From contig JAADIO010000005.1 of NCBI GenBank assembly GCA_013151235.1, forward strand, positions 62,001 through 126,000: a stretch of DNA of 64,000 nucleotides. Reading direction: 5' to 3'. The position numbers and the translations under genes were made by a program. The notes beneath the pieces were generated by a model. That model did no database searches. It was not told the origin of the DNA and worked only from the letters and a program-made list of their open reading frames with translations. Origin of the DNA: Deltaproteobacteria bacterium (lineage in GTDB: Bacteria; CG2-30-53-67). Below are positions 20,839 to 30,632 of the stretch, one piece after another (the stretch's first letter is position 1; the number at the start of each line of letters is the position of its first letter).

Positions 20839-22896
20839 TCAGCCTCTCTCCGGACCGTCCGGAATCGGCTGGTAGAGATACATGCGGTTCTTCCCGTTTT
20901 CCTTCGAACGGTAGAGTGCCTGATCGGCTGCATGGATCAGGGCTTTCACCTTTCGGGCATCCTCGGGATAGGTAGCAAGACCGATGCTGATCGTGAATTT
21001 CCCGAGCGGCTGATTCTCTTCGTAAGGGAAATAAAATTTCTCGACTTCCATTAACAGGCGCTCTCCGATGACAACCGCTTCCCGTTTGGAGGTCTGGGGG
21101 AGAACCACCGTAAACTCTTCCCCTCCGTAACGGGCGACGAAGTCTATATTCCGGATGGTATCCCGCAGCAGGGCCGCTACACTTTTCAAGGCATCATCCC
21201 CGGCAAGGTGCCCATTCTGATCGTTATACCACTTGAAGTCATCCACATCAATCATCATCAGAGACAGCGGATAGCTGTGGCGCTCGGCCCGGGTGATCTC
21301 CTCGGTCACCCGTTCAAAAAAATAGCGCCGGTTGAGAAGGCCCGTCAGATGGTCCGTAATGAGGACCTGTTCCATTTCCTTGGAACGTTCATAGAGTTTC
21401 GTCCGTTCAAGGGCAATCACCGCCTGGGAGGCAAAGATCTTGATGATTTTCAGATCGTCTTCATTGAAAACCTCGCCGCTGATCTTGTCGGTAATATTCA
21501 AGACGCCGATCGGCTCATCCTTCAGGACCAGGGGAATGCTGATAAACGACTTCGTCTTGTAACGCATCTTCTTATGCAGCCCGAGCCTCGGATCCTTTTC
21601 AATGTCCGTCACCAGCAACGGCACGGCCTTTTCCAGCACTTTTCCGGCCACACCCTCCCCTTTTTTGAGATGCAGCGTGCGCGTAAGATATTCGGGGACC
21701 CCCTTGCTCGCCTTGATCGTCAGTTCTTTGGTGACCTCATCGAGGATCATGAGCGAAGCCTGTTCCGCTTTGACCATCTCCGTAGAACGGTTCAGAATCA
21801 GTTGGAACAGGCCGTCCAGTTCCCGGGTCTTCCCCACCTCACGAGTCATCAAACCAAGATTGCTGATTTCCAGGACCCGATTGTCCAGATTCTTGCGAAG
21901 GTCTACATTCTGGATCGCCATCACGGCCAGGTTGCAGAAGGCACGGATCATCGGGATCTCATCTTCGGAAAGGGACGAATTATAAATATTGATCACCCCC
22001 CCGATCTTCCGGCCAAAATGGAGGGGAAAGGTATAGACCTGTTCAATCTTCTCATTAAATCCCGAGCGGGCAATCTGGAAACGATCCCGGGTATAGACAG
22101 GCTTGTGCTCGCGGAAGGCCCGGGCGATAATCCCCTGATCGATGGGCGTGCGGAAATGGGGAAGGTCCCAGGATTCCGGGCCGAAAAAAGACTGCGTCAC
22201 AAGCGACGCCTCCTGTGAGCCGAGAAGCATCAGCGAACACCCCTTCAGATCAAAAAGAATAGAAAGCGAGTTGATGATCAGGCCATAGAGTTCCTGACTG
22301 TCCCGGACCAGGTTCAGATCGTTTCCCAAATGGAAGAGAGTGAGCAGGCGGGAGACATTCCGTCCGAACCGGCGCATCCGGACCGCCGGGGCAATCAGTG
22401 CCTCTCCGAGTAAGGCAAGATATTTCATCGCCTCCCTCAGTTCCTGCATCTTCCCGATTCGCAGCTCTCCGATCGCCTTGAACATCTCTGCATGATCAAG
22501 CTGAAAGGTGTCGGCCATCTTTACGTAACGGGAAATCACCGGCGCATCGGTCAGGATCTTGCCGCCGAAGATCGCTCCGATCACTTCTCCCTGCCGTTTG
22601 AGCGGAACGGAAAAACAGTACAGACCGGCATAACAGCTAAAAAGTTCCGTCCTTCCAGATCGCAGGGACCGGGCGATCCTGCGCCCACAGTGCGCCCGGC
22701 AGCGGGCCAACCCCTTTTGCGACCGGCGGATCAAACGGCAGAGATTCCGCTCCACCATCGGCGGGCCGATCAGCATCCCGTCCGCGCCGATACATTTGAC
22801 CGTCAATCCTGAAATGTGGGCAAACCCCTCGATTGATCTCCTCCAGCTTTCAGAGGTCATCCATTGCTGATAGGTTTTCAGGTTCCGGGAGTCCAT
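20839..22896 (-). CDS. Diguanylate cyclase (PocR-GAF-GAF-GGDEF)
   Basis: PocR-like cysteines (LCRLIR..RCRAHC..CYAGL), GGEEF with RNID I-site. Confidence 0.9.
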   Translation of the reverse strand: MDSRNLKTYQQWMTSESWRRSIEGFAHISGLTVKCIGADGMLIGPPMVERNLCRLIRRSQKGLARCRAHCGRRIARSLRSGRTELFSCYAGLYCFSVPLKRQGEVIGAIFGGKILTDAPVISRYVKMADTFQLDHAEMFKAIGELRIGKMQELREAMKYLALLGEALIAPAVRMRRFGRNVSRLLTLFHLGNDLNLVRDSQELYGLIINSLSILFDLKGCSLMLLGSQEASLVTQSFFGPESWDLPHFRTPIDQGIIARAFREHKPVYTRDRFQIARSGFNEKIEQVYTFPLHFGRKIGGVINIYNSSLSEDEIPMIRAFCNLAVMAIQNVDLRKNLDNRVLEISNLGLMTREVGKTRELDGLFQLILNRSTEMVKAEQASLMILDEVTKELTIKASKGVPEYLTRTLHLKKGEGVAGKVLEKAVPLLVTDIEKDPRLGLHKKMRYKTKSFISIPLVLKDEPIGVLNITDKISGEVFNEDDLKIIKIFASQAVIALERTKLYERSKEMEQVLITDHLTGLLNRRYFFERVTEEITRAERHSYPLSLMMIDVDDFKWYNDQNGHLAGDDALKSVAALLRDTIRNIDFVARYGGEEFTVVLPQTSKREAVVIGERLLMEVEKFYFPYEENQPLGKFTISIGLATYPEDARKVKALIHAADQALYRSKENGKNRMYLYQPIPDGPERG

Positions 22897-23185
22897 AAAA
22901 ATCCTTCATTCAACTTCTACACAGAAGAACACACTTGTTTTTTATGCAAATCTCATGCTAATTCAAGCTATTTTTTCGAAAAAGGCTCTATTTTACTTAT
23001 TGTATCGTAAGTTGTCGTTTTTCATACTGAAATCCATATCTTTGGCACAATATATTTGCGACACACAAAACCATTTTATCTGTCATTTGCAACAATGGAA
23101 AAATATTTCCTATAATATGTACTTTTTTTCCACAAAAGATACATTTTTTTCCCATTTCCGACCACTCCCTCATTGGCAAAGACCC

Positions 23186-23220
23186 AAAAAAAAACCCGCC
23201 AGAAGTATTCCTCTGTCGGG
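23186..23220 (-). terminator. Intrinsic terminator
   Basis: CCCGACAGAG...CTTCTGGCGGG followed by a T run on the minus strand. Confidence 0.7.
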
Positions 23221-23268
23221 ATTGATCCAACGGAATCCAGTACCGGGAAAAAGCCTGTCATGCCACCT

Positions 23269-23481
23269 TCAAAACTTGTACAGAAGGAAATGAATCCGGT
23301 CTTTGGCAAAGAGTTTTTCCTTCTGCAATTTTTTCTTTGCAACTTCCTCTTCCACTGTCAGATATTTCAAGCGGTTTAACCCCTCCAGCTTGACCTCCAG
23401 TTCAGAATGTAGATCAACCCACTTTCTAAAATCCTGGTCGGTCCTTTTCAGGTGATCGAAGTGCCTTTCCTTGTCGAACAT
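23269..23481 (-). CDS. YdcH/DUF465-like small coiled-coil protein
   Basis: HSELE...LTVEEEVAKKKLQKEKLFAKDRI; GGAGG RBS. Confidence 0.75.
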   Translation of the reverse strand: MFDKERHFDHLKRTDQDFRKWVDLHSELEVKLEGLNRLKYLTVEEEVAKKKLQKEKLFAKDRIHFLLYKF

Positions 23482-23625
23482 GGCAATCCCTCCATACGGA
23501 AAATATCCTTTCCCATGTGAAAGATGGGAACAGACCTCTGTTGTAATGGAAAGAAGAAAAACGGCAAGAACGACTACATCCATGTTTGTTGATATACCAT
23601 AAAACGGCGTCAAATTCAACTTTCG

Positions 23626-24084
23626 TCAATGTTCGGCCAGAGGCATCCGCATCACCAGTGCATCTTCACTCGTATCCGAATAGTAGCCTTTTCGGACGGA
23701 GACGGTAGAAAAATTCATTTTTTCATAAAGCCTTATCGCCGGTTCATTCCCTTTCCGAACCTCCAGAAAGAGTTGTTTCACCCCTTCGATTGAGGCCCTT
23801 TCTATAAGATTATTTAATAACATTTTCCCGACCCCCCTCCGGCGTCTCCGCTGAACCACAAAAAGATTGGTTAAACAGGCCTCGTCCAGAACCCGGAAGG
23901 CCGTAAGATAGCCGATCAGACCGGAACGATCCTCCGCAACCCGGTTGAGCCCCATCGGGTCCCGGAGCGCCTTCTCAAATGCCTCAAGAGACCAGGAGGT
24001 CAGGAAGGGGGAGCACTCCAACCGGCAAATCCTTCCCGGATCCCCTTGCTCCATCTTGCGGATCTTCAGAGTTTCTTCCTGCAT
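23626..24084 (-). CDS. rimI: Ribosomal-protein-alanine N-acetyltransferase RimI
   Basis: RRRGVG, LFLEVRKGNEPAIRLY, RKGYY, EDALVM; follows tsaB. Confidence 0.9.
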   Translation of the reverse strand: MQEETLKIRKMEQGDPGRICRLECSPFLTSWSLEAFEKALRDPMGLNRVAEDRSGLIGYLTAFRVLDEACLTNLFVVQRRRRRGVGKMLLNNLIERASIEGVKQLFLEVRKGNEPAIRLYEKMNFSTVSVRKGYYSDTSEDALVMRMPLAEH

Positions 24085-24773
24085 AGCCACTTCCGGTTCC
24101 ATTGCAGTTCCGCCTCGGAACGGCGAAGGTAGCGGGGTGTCAGCTCGGCCGGGGTCAGGGTCCTGCCTTCCCGAAATGCGGCGTAGCCGATCTCGGCAAT
24201 GGATGCCGCCGAGAGATGATTCAGGCTTCCTTCGACAAAAACTGCCTTTGAAACAAGGACCTCCTCCAAAAACGACCGATACCGCAGGGCTCCTTCGCCG
24301 ACGAAGAGTGTCTCTTCCCTCACTTCACGACAAAGATCCTCCGGACGGATCACCCGTTCCTCGGTTTCGGCATAGAGAACCCCATCCCGGTTACGAAAAC
24401 GGGCGGCATAAACCTCGCCTTTACGGGCATCCAGCAGGGCATAGAGGGGAAGTTTGACCGCCGGGAAATGATACGCCAACCCTTCCAGTGAAGAAACGGG
24501 GATCACCGGCTTCTCCCAGGCACGGACAAGACCCTTGGCAGTGGAGACCGCCACGCGCAGCCCGGTAAAAGAACCCGGCCCGACCGAAATCGCCACACCG
24601 GTCAGATCCTCCCCGGAGAGGTTTGTATCGCGAAGAATCGTCTCAATGGCAGGCAACAGTCGCTCACTGTGGGTCCGGCGCAAAACCAGGGAATACTCTG
24701 CAATCAACCCCTCCGAACCGAGGAGCGCAACACTGCTCACCGGGGTGGAGGCTTCAATTCCAAGGATCAACAT
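24066..24773 (-). CDS. tsaB: tRNA t6A biosynthesis protein TsaB
   Basis: LGIEAST, HSERLLP, GPGSFTGLR, DARKGEVY, PRYLR. Confidence 0.95.
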   Translation of the reverse strand: MLILGIEASTPVSSVALLGSEGLIAEYSLVLRRTHSERLLPAIETILRDTNLSGEDLTGVAISVGPGSFTGLRVAVSTAKGLVRAWEKPVIPVSSLEGLAYHFPAVKLPLYALLDARKGEVYAARFRNRDGVLYAETEERVIRPEDLCREVREETLFVGEGALRYRSFLEEVLVSKAVFVEGSLNHLSAASIAEIGYAAFREGRTLTPAELTPRYLRRSEAELQWNRKWLCRKKL

Positions 24774-24851
24774 CTGATGTTCCCTTCGGGAATTCCCGCA
24801 CTGGCTGTCTCCCGCATTCCCCTGCGAAATCGCTGCCTGTCATAGAACCAT

Positions 24852-25547
24852 TCATTTTTTTCGACGCCTCTTCCATCGGTGCTTCGGGGAGAAGAACCGG
24901 TAGATCGACTGATAGAGTGTACTGCACCGTTCCATGATATTCCGCCGTTCAAGGCTTTCAAGGTCTTCCGCATCGGGGTCTCCCCGGGAAAATCGACGCC
25001 GGATTTTTGAAACCGCCCTCCGATCGATCTCCAGAAACTGTCCGTAGAACCACCGATTGAGCAGGTTCCACCTCGGCCCCCGGATCAGTGAGGCACCGAA
25101 ATCGACCAGGTAGGGTTTGAAATCGGCAGTCACGAGGATATTCTTTTTGTGTTTCAAATCCGAGTGAACCACTCCCCGGACATGAATCTTTTCCACTAAT
25201 TCATTCAGCGTATTAAAAAATGAGGCCGGAAGAGGGGCGTTCCGGGCAAAGGAAGAGAGGGGCTCCCCTGCAATATATTCGCAGAGAAAACCGTCCCGGT
25301 CCAATTTTTTATAGAGGGCGGGAATTCCTTCAAGACCCTGAAGTTTGCGGTAGATCCGATACTCCCGTGCCAACATCCAGCGCCCAAGGAGTATGCGGTA
25401 GATCAGATTTCGTCCGGCAATATCCTTAATGACCGCCGTCTTTCCATTGACCCGGATTCGACGGACCGTCCCCTGATTCCCTCCCCCGATCCGGTCGGTC
25501 TGAAACTGACGGAGATTTCCCCGGTGGACCGAGCTAAAGGCATCCAT
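24852..25547 (-). CDS. Atypical kinase (RIO/Bud32/Kdo-like fold)
   Basis: Gly loop GGGNQG, VIKD, HSDLKHKKN, LVDFG. Confidence 0.75.
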   Translation of the reverse strand: MDAFSSVHRGNLRQFQTDRIGGGNQGTVRRIRVNGKTAVIKDIAGRNLIYRILLGRWMLAREYRIYRKLQGLEGIPALYKKLDRDGFLCEYIAGEPLSSFARNAPLPASFFNTLNELVEKIHVRGVVHSDLKHKKNILVTADFKPYLVDFGASLIRGPRWNLLNRWFYGQFLEIDRRAVSKIRRRFSRGDPDAEDLESLERRNIMERCSTLYQSIYRFFSPKHRWKRRRKK

Positions 25548-25586
25548 GATGTTTCGGCTCCAGGACGCAACGCTCCTTTCGATAGA

Positions 25587-26564
25587 TCATCGATTCCAGA
25601 AAAAACCTTTCTTTCTGCGCTTCTCTTCGAGGAGAATCGGCTCTTCAATCTCGACAGACGGCGCATGTTCCGCGAAGACCCCACCGAGTTTTTCCCGGAT
25701 TTCCAGAAGAAGATTTTCGACCGTTTCATCCCGGGATAACAGGCGATCAAGTTGGGCCTCCATTTTCTGGATCCGGTTCTCGATCTGCAGGACCGAAGCC
25801 GTCAGGGAGTCATCTCCCGCCGGCGGAGCAGCTCTGCCACCGGCTCCGGGGTTCTTCTCGTCCCAACCCACCGGCGAAACCGCCCCTGTACCGGAAGGAT
25901 CGGGAGCCGCTTGATCAACATCCCGCTGCACGGTCTCCATGGGCACGGGTTGTTGCTCCGCTGCCGTCCCGTCCACATCGTGTTTGGAACGAAGAGACTG
26001 CATCAGTTCCCGCGTCACCAGCTTGAACGTTTCCAGAACGCCTTCCCCGGTCAGGGCCACAGCCGTATGGGTCGGTACATTTCTGTTATTAAGCATATGA
26101 TCAAGCTCTTCCACCTCCATGACGTTTGCCAGATCCCGTTTGTTGTACTGAATAACCAGGGGAATCGTCTGAGGATCAAGGCCGTTGGCCAGCAGATTCT
26201 CGCTTAGGTTCTCCAGACTTTCTACATTTTTGTCCGCCATCTCTTTCTGAGAGTCGGCGACAAAGACCACGGCATCCGCCCCTTTCAGGACCAGCCGGCG
26301 CGTTGCATTATAATAGACCTGTCCCGGGACGGTGTAGAGCTGAAATCGGACATTGAACCCCCGGATCTTTCCAAGCTGCACCGGGAGAAAATCAAAAAAC
26401 AGGGTTCGGTCCGTCTCCGTAGCGAGAGAGAGGAGTTTACCGCGCGTATTGGGATTCATCTTGCTGTGGATGTACTGCAGGTTGGTCGTCTTCCCGCAGA
26501 GTCCCGGACCGTAAAAAACGACCTTGGCCGTGATCTCCTTCACCGCATAATTAAAGAGTACCAT
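25587..26564 (-). CDS. mglA: MglA-family Ras-like GTPase with ~130-aa C-terminal extension
   Basis: YGPGLCGKTTNL, ETDRTLFFDFLP, LYTVPGQ, NKRD motifs; may be a paralog rather than the core mglA. Confidence 0.85.
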   Translation of the reverse strand: MVLFNYAVKEITAKVVFYGPGLCGKTTNLQYIHSKMNPNTRGKLLSLATETDRTLFFDFLPVQLGKIRGFNVRFQLYTVPGQVYYNATRRLVLKGADAVVFVADSQKEMADKNVESLENLSENLLANGLDPQTIPLVIQYNKRDLANVMEVEELDHMLNNRNVPTHTAVALTGEGVLETFKLVTRELMQSLRSKHDVDGTAAEQQPVPMETVQRDVDQAAPDPSGTGAVSPVGWDEKNPGAGGRAAPPAGDDSLTASVLQIENRIQKMEAQLDRLLSRDETVENLLLEIREKLGGVFAEHAPSVEIEEPILLEEKRRKKGFFWNR

Positions 26565-26579
26565 GATCTGCTCCTGTCC

Positions 26580-27404
26580 TTAATGGGTTTGCATCGCACG
26601 TTCCCGGCCCCCCTCCCGGATCAAGGCAACGGCTTCTTTTTCCCGACCCAGCCAGCGGTAAACGGAGACCAGATGGGACCGGATCTCCTCCTGTGCCGGC
26701 GCCCGGCCAAGCGCATTCTGCAACAGTTGAATGGAGCGGTCGAAAACACCCCGTTTGAAATAGATCCATCCCAGGGTATCGAGAAAGACAGGATTCCCCG
26801 GCTCCGCCTTCAGCGCCTCCTTCGCCATCTTCAGCGACTCATTCAGATATTCATTCGATTCCGCATAGGCGAAGGCAAGGTTGTTGTAAAAGAGGGGAAA
26901 GTCTCCCTGAATATCGATCGCCTTACGGAAATGATTCACCCCTTCCTTGATTCGTCCCTGCCTGAGTTCGCAGACCCCCAGCCCGTTCCGAATGTCCGCA
27001 TCATCCCGGTAGGCCTTCAAGATCTCCAGGAACTCCGCATAGGCCTCTTTCGTCTTCCTGCTCCTTAATAATAACACAGCCAGATTCACTCTGGCAATGA
27101 CATAGCCCGGGTTGAGCTCCAGCGCTTTCTCATAGGCACTTTGGGCGGCATCCGGGTCGCCTTCCTTCAGATAGACATTGCCTAAATTATTGAAGACCCT
27201 GGGATTTCGGGAAAACTTCTTCGATAATCGGAGGAGTCCTTCCCCCGCCGCCTTGTAGTTCCCATCGGCATAGAACCGGTTGGCCTCTGCAAAGAGCCGT
27301 GCCGGCTCTGATGCATCGGATACCCCGAAGGCACATCCGCCCAAAAGAACGCCCAGGAGAAGAAACAGGGCCAAACAGACTTTTTTTCCCGACATCCACA
27401 TCAT
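26580..27404 (-). CDS. TPR lipoprotein
   Basis: Lipobox LGGC; TPR repeats (NNLGNVY, NNLAFAY, DTLGWIYF). Confidence 0.85.
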   Translation of the reverse strand: MMWMSGKKVCLALFLLLGVLLGGCAFGVSDASEPARLFAEANRFYADGNYKAAGEGLLRLSKKFSRNPRVFNNLGNVYLKEGDPDAAQSAYEKALELNPGYVIARVNLAVLLLRSRKTKEAYAEFLEILKAYRDDADIRNGLGVCELRQGRIKEGVNHFRKAIDIQGDFPLFYNNLAFAYAESNEYLNESLKMAKEALKAEPGNPVFLDTLGWIYFKRGVFDRSIQLLQNALGRAPAQEEIRSHLVSVYRWLGREKEAVALIREGGRERAMQTH

Positions 27405-27405
27405 C

Positions 27406-28701
27406 CTACCGAACCTCAATTCTCTTCTTCAGGACTTTGCGGTTCCCCACTGAATCCTCGGCCACGATCCGAACGACAGCGTCCGGCTGTATTCCGGAGA
27501 GCATATATTTGAAACGCCCCATCTTATCGGGATGAACTCCGGTTCCGTTAATCGTGACCAGCGCCTTCGCCTCCGTTTCTCCACTGACCTGTGCCTTCAA
27601 CGTTCCCGCAACCTTCAGGAGGATGATGTCGTCCAACCGGATGAAGGGAGGAGTCTTGTCGATGGTCACCTTGAAAACCCGGTAATCCGAGAAGTCCCCT
27701 TCCCTTCCTTCGGAGGTAATCGTATTCACCCGCCAGTAATAGATCCCACTCTTTAATCCCTGAATGACGACACCCGGTTCGGACAATCCGGTCCTGACAA
27801 TCACAAAATCAGTAAAAAACGGATCCAGGGCCACCTGAAGCCGATACTTTACATTTTTGGGCACCGGACGCCATTTCAAAACGGTTTTCATACCATTCAA
27901 GCTCTTGAAAAAGAACTCCGCCAGGTTTTCCGGATGGTCCAGCACAGGCGGTGGCGGAAGGTCCTTGATCTCTTCCACCCGGCTGTCATGGCTGATAGTG
28001 ACCGATTGATTCTCCGTAATCTCCACCTTGTCCGTCCCTACCTGCAGGGCAACGGTTCCTTTGAAGACTTTCATCCGGCTCTCTTTCTCTTTGGTCACCC
28101 GGATGGCCACCTTGGCTTCCGAGATAGTTGCATGAGCTGTCGGGGTAACGATTACAAATTCCGAACCGGCCACCTTCGGTCGTCGGATCGTAGCTTCCAC
28201 GTCACTCTGCTGGAGATTAATGGAAGACTTCTTAATCTTCGTGAATCGATTCTGCTTCATGGCCCGTATCACCACATAAGAGTCCGGCTTGATCATCAGC
28301 CGGTTGCCGTCATCAAAGGTGACCTCGGCATAACCGCCCGAGTAGGTGCGGATACTGTCTCCTTCGTGGAGGATCCGCCCCCTTTTCGCCCGGCGGAAAC
28401 GGAGTTCCTGCTTGGACTTGACGGTAACATTCCCTTTGACGAAAATCAGTTTTGCCGATCTGGATTCAATCACACTTCCCTGCGAATCGTCGGAAACCTC
28501 CAAAGCGGAATGATAAATCCCGAGAATCCCGCCCACACGCGCCAGGAAGGGGACCTCGTCCGCCTTCAGCTTAACGGCAATGACCAACCCGGACAAAAGG
28601 GATACTACAATGAAGAGGACCAGCAGGAAGCGGACCCAGGCGCGCGGAATCCGGATCAATCGCCAGTCGAACAATTTTCGTCTTTCTTTCTGCATCAGCA
28701 T
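27406..28701 (-). CDS. Membrane-anchored FecR-domain protein with FN3/Ig-like domains
   Basis: TM helix; GDSIRT...AEVTFDDG...IVTPTA...VFKGTV (FecR-like); YRLQVALDPFF, GIYYWRV, DKTPP. Confidence 0.8.
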   Translation of the reverse strand: MLMQKERRKLFDWRLIRIPRAWVRFLLVLFIVVSLLSGLVIAVKLKADEVPFLARVGGILGIYHSALEVSDDSQGSVIESRSAKLIFVKGNVTVKSKQELRFRRAKRGRILHEGDSIRTYSGGYAEVTFDDGNRLMIKPDSYVVIRAMKQNRFTKIKKSSINLQQSDVEATIRRPKVAGSEFVIVTPTAHATISEAKVAIRVTKEKESRMKVFKGTVALQVGTDKVEITENQSVTISHDSRVEEIKDLPPPPVLDHPENLAEFFFKSLNGMKTVLKWRPVPKNVKYRLQVALDPFFTDFVIVRTGLSEPGVVIQGLKSGIYYWRVNTITSEGREGDFSDYRVFKVTIDKTPPFIRLDDIILLKVAGTLKAQVSGETEAKALVTINGTGVHPDKMGRFKYMLSGIQPDAVVRIVAEDSVGNRKVLKKRIEVR

Positions 28702-28835
28702 TCCTGTTTCTTCAATGGCTTTATTTATCAATATACAGAGCTGTCTTCGTACGGATGAACGTAAATGACCGACCATACGCACTGAAAGGAACCGGGACCC
28801 CTCACTGCCTCACAATAAATGCCATACAGGGCTCA

Positions 28836-30605
28836 TCAGGCTGAAGGTGTCTCCAGCTTCAGGACTTCGGCGGGAACCCGGTCCTCCATCGTCCGGCATT
28901 TCCATCCCTTGATCCGGCCCTTACTGTAGGCCCGGGCAAAGGCCTCGCAAACGACGGGGTCGTAGCGACTTCCGGCCCAGGATTTTAAATTTTCTACGAC
29001 CGACAACTCGGACTGGGCCGCCTGATAGGGCCGGTCGGAGGTCATGGCATCGAAGGTATCGGCTACGGAAATGATCCGGGCCGCCAAAGGTATATCATAT
29101 CCGCTCAGGCCGTCGGGATAGCCGGCACCGTCATAACGTTCATGATGGTGGCGCATGGCGGGAATGATCTTTTTCAACTGTTTGATGGGCGCCATGATAT
29201 TCGCTCCCTTCTCCGGATGTTCCTGGATCTGCCGGAACTCCTCGTCCGTCAGCTTTGCCGGTTTCCGCAAGACACTGTCGTCAATACCGATCTTGCCGAT
29301 ATCATGGAGCAGAGCCGCCAACTGGACCTCTTCTTTGACCTTCGGGTCGAGCCCCATCTCATCGGCAATCGCCATGCTGTACTCCGTCACCCGTTCCGAG
29401 TGTCCCCGGGTATAAGGATCCCGTTCATCAATAGCGGCCGCCAGGGAGGCAATGGCGCTCATGAAGAGGTCCCGCATATTCTGATCGTAAAGATCCAGTT
29501 GGTTCGCCATGAAATTGAAGGTTTCCGCCAACTGACCGATCTCGTTATTGGATCTGATTTTGATTTTCTCCTTGAAATTTCCCTGGGCGATCCGCAAGGC
29601 ACTCCGGGTAAAATCCATGATGGGAACACTGATTCTGCGGGCAAAGAAGAGACCGATGATTGAGACCAGAATCGAGGTCACCACCCCCCAGAAGATGATC
29701 TGCTCTTTCATCTCCGCCACGACACTGTAGGCATCCTTACGAGGCTCCTGGACCACCACCCCCCACCCTTCCAGGCTGAGGGGGGCATAGGCGCCGAGCA
29801 TTTCCCGCCCCCCCTTGTCGACAAAGGGCAGCGCCCCTCCGGTATTCCCCAGCGCCAGATATTTCCCGACAATCTCCTCACCTTTCATGCTTTCCTGACG
29901 AACGGCACGCTGACGATCCTTATGCGCGATGAGCCGCCCCTGCCGATCCACGAGATAGGCCTCGCCGGAACGGCGGATCGTAATCCGTCCGATGATCTTC
30001 CAGATCCGCTCCAGCGACATATCCGCCAGCAGGACCCCCCCCACGTGATTTCCTTCAATGATCGGAAGCCCAATCATCAAAAGAGAAGCATTTTTCTCCG
30101 GTATGCCCAAGGGATCCGACACATAGACTTTCCCCTCCATCGCCTCGGAAATCACCGATTTCCGGAGCGCTGCACGCTCTTTCCGGCGCACACTGCCGAG
30201 TCCCGGACGGATCACCTCGGCCTGCGTAGCTCCCTTCTCATCGAGAAGAGAAATACTGATCAGGTCTTTGTATTGCTCGAGAAAGAAAACCAGAAGCTGA
30301 TAGTTCTGCTGTTCGGAAAAGGACCGGGTCAACGGCTGCAAGCGGGCAACAATCTCCAGTTTTTCAATCGTGTTGTCCAGATAGGAGGAAACCTCCTCGG
30401 CCGTCTGACGGGCACGAGTGGCATGTGATCCCAACAGATCATTTTCCAGATATTCTTCATTGAGTTTCACCAGGTTGCTGTCGGAAATCACGAGAGGCGC
30501 CAACGAGATCAGCAGCATGATCAAGATCAACTGGAACATCAGGCGTCGCTTAGGGCGGACCTTTTTCACTTTTGTCTCCTCCGGAGGAGGACCCCCGCGA
30601 TCCAT
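28836..30605 (-). CDS. Cache-HAMP-HD-GYP cyclic dinucleotide phosphodiesterase
   Basis: Two TMs flanking a Cache-like region; HAMP; YTRGHSERV, LHDIGKIG, HHERYDGAGYP. Confidence 0.92.
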   Translation of the reverse strand: MDRGGPPPEETKVKKVRPKRRLMFQLILIMLLISLAPLVISDSNLVKLNEEYLENDLLGSHATRARQTAEEVSSYLDNTIEKLEIVARLQPLTRSFSEQQNYQLLVFFLEQYKDLISISLLDEKGATQAEVIRPGLGSVRRKERAALRKSVISEAMEGKVYVSDPLGIPEKNASLLMIGLPIIEGNHVGGVLLADMSLERIWKIIGRITIRRSGEAYLVDRQGRLIAHKDRQRAVRQESMKGEEIVGKYLALGNTGGALPFVDKGGREMLGAYAPLSLEGWGVVVQEPRKDAYSVVAEMKEQIIFWGVVTSILVSIIGLFFARRISVPIMDFTRSALRIAQGNFKEKIKIRSNNEIGQLAETFNFMANQLDLYDQNMRDLFMSAIASLAAAIDERDPYTRGHSERVTEYSMAIADEMGLDPKVKEEVQLAALLHDIGKIGIDDSVLRKPAKLTDEEFRQIQEHPEKGANIMAPIKQLKKIIPAMRHHHERYDGAGYPDGLSGYDIPLAARIISVADTFDAMTSDRPYQAAQSELSVVENLKSWAGSRYDPVVCEAFARAYSKGRIKGWKCRTMEDRVPAEVLKLETPSA

Positions 30606-30632
30606 TCCGGCTTCCAAGCACCGGCAGGGGGA

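Noticed and set aside
22945-22960. Sigma-54-like promoter TAGCATGAGATTTGCA upstream of the PocR cyclase
   Set aside because: The near-invariant -24 GG is AG; the plus-strand TGGCAC at 23043 has the wrong spacing to TTGC.
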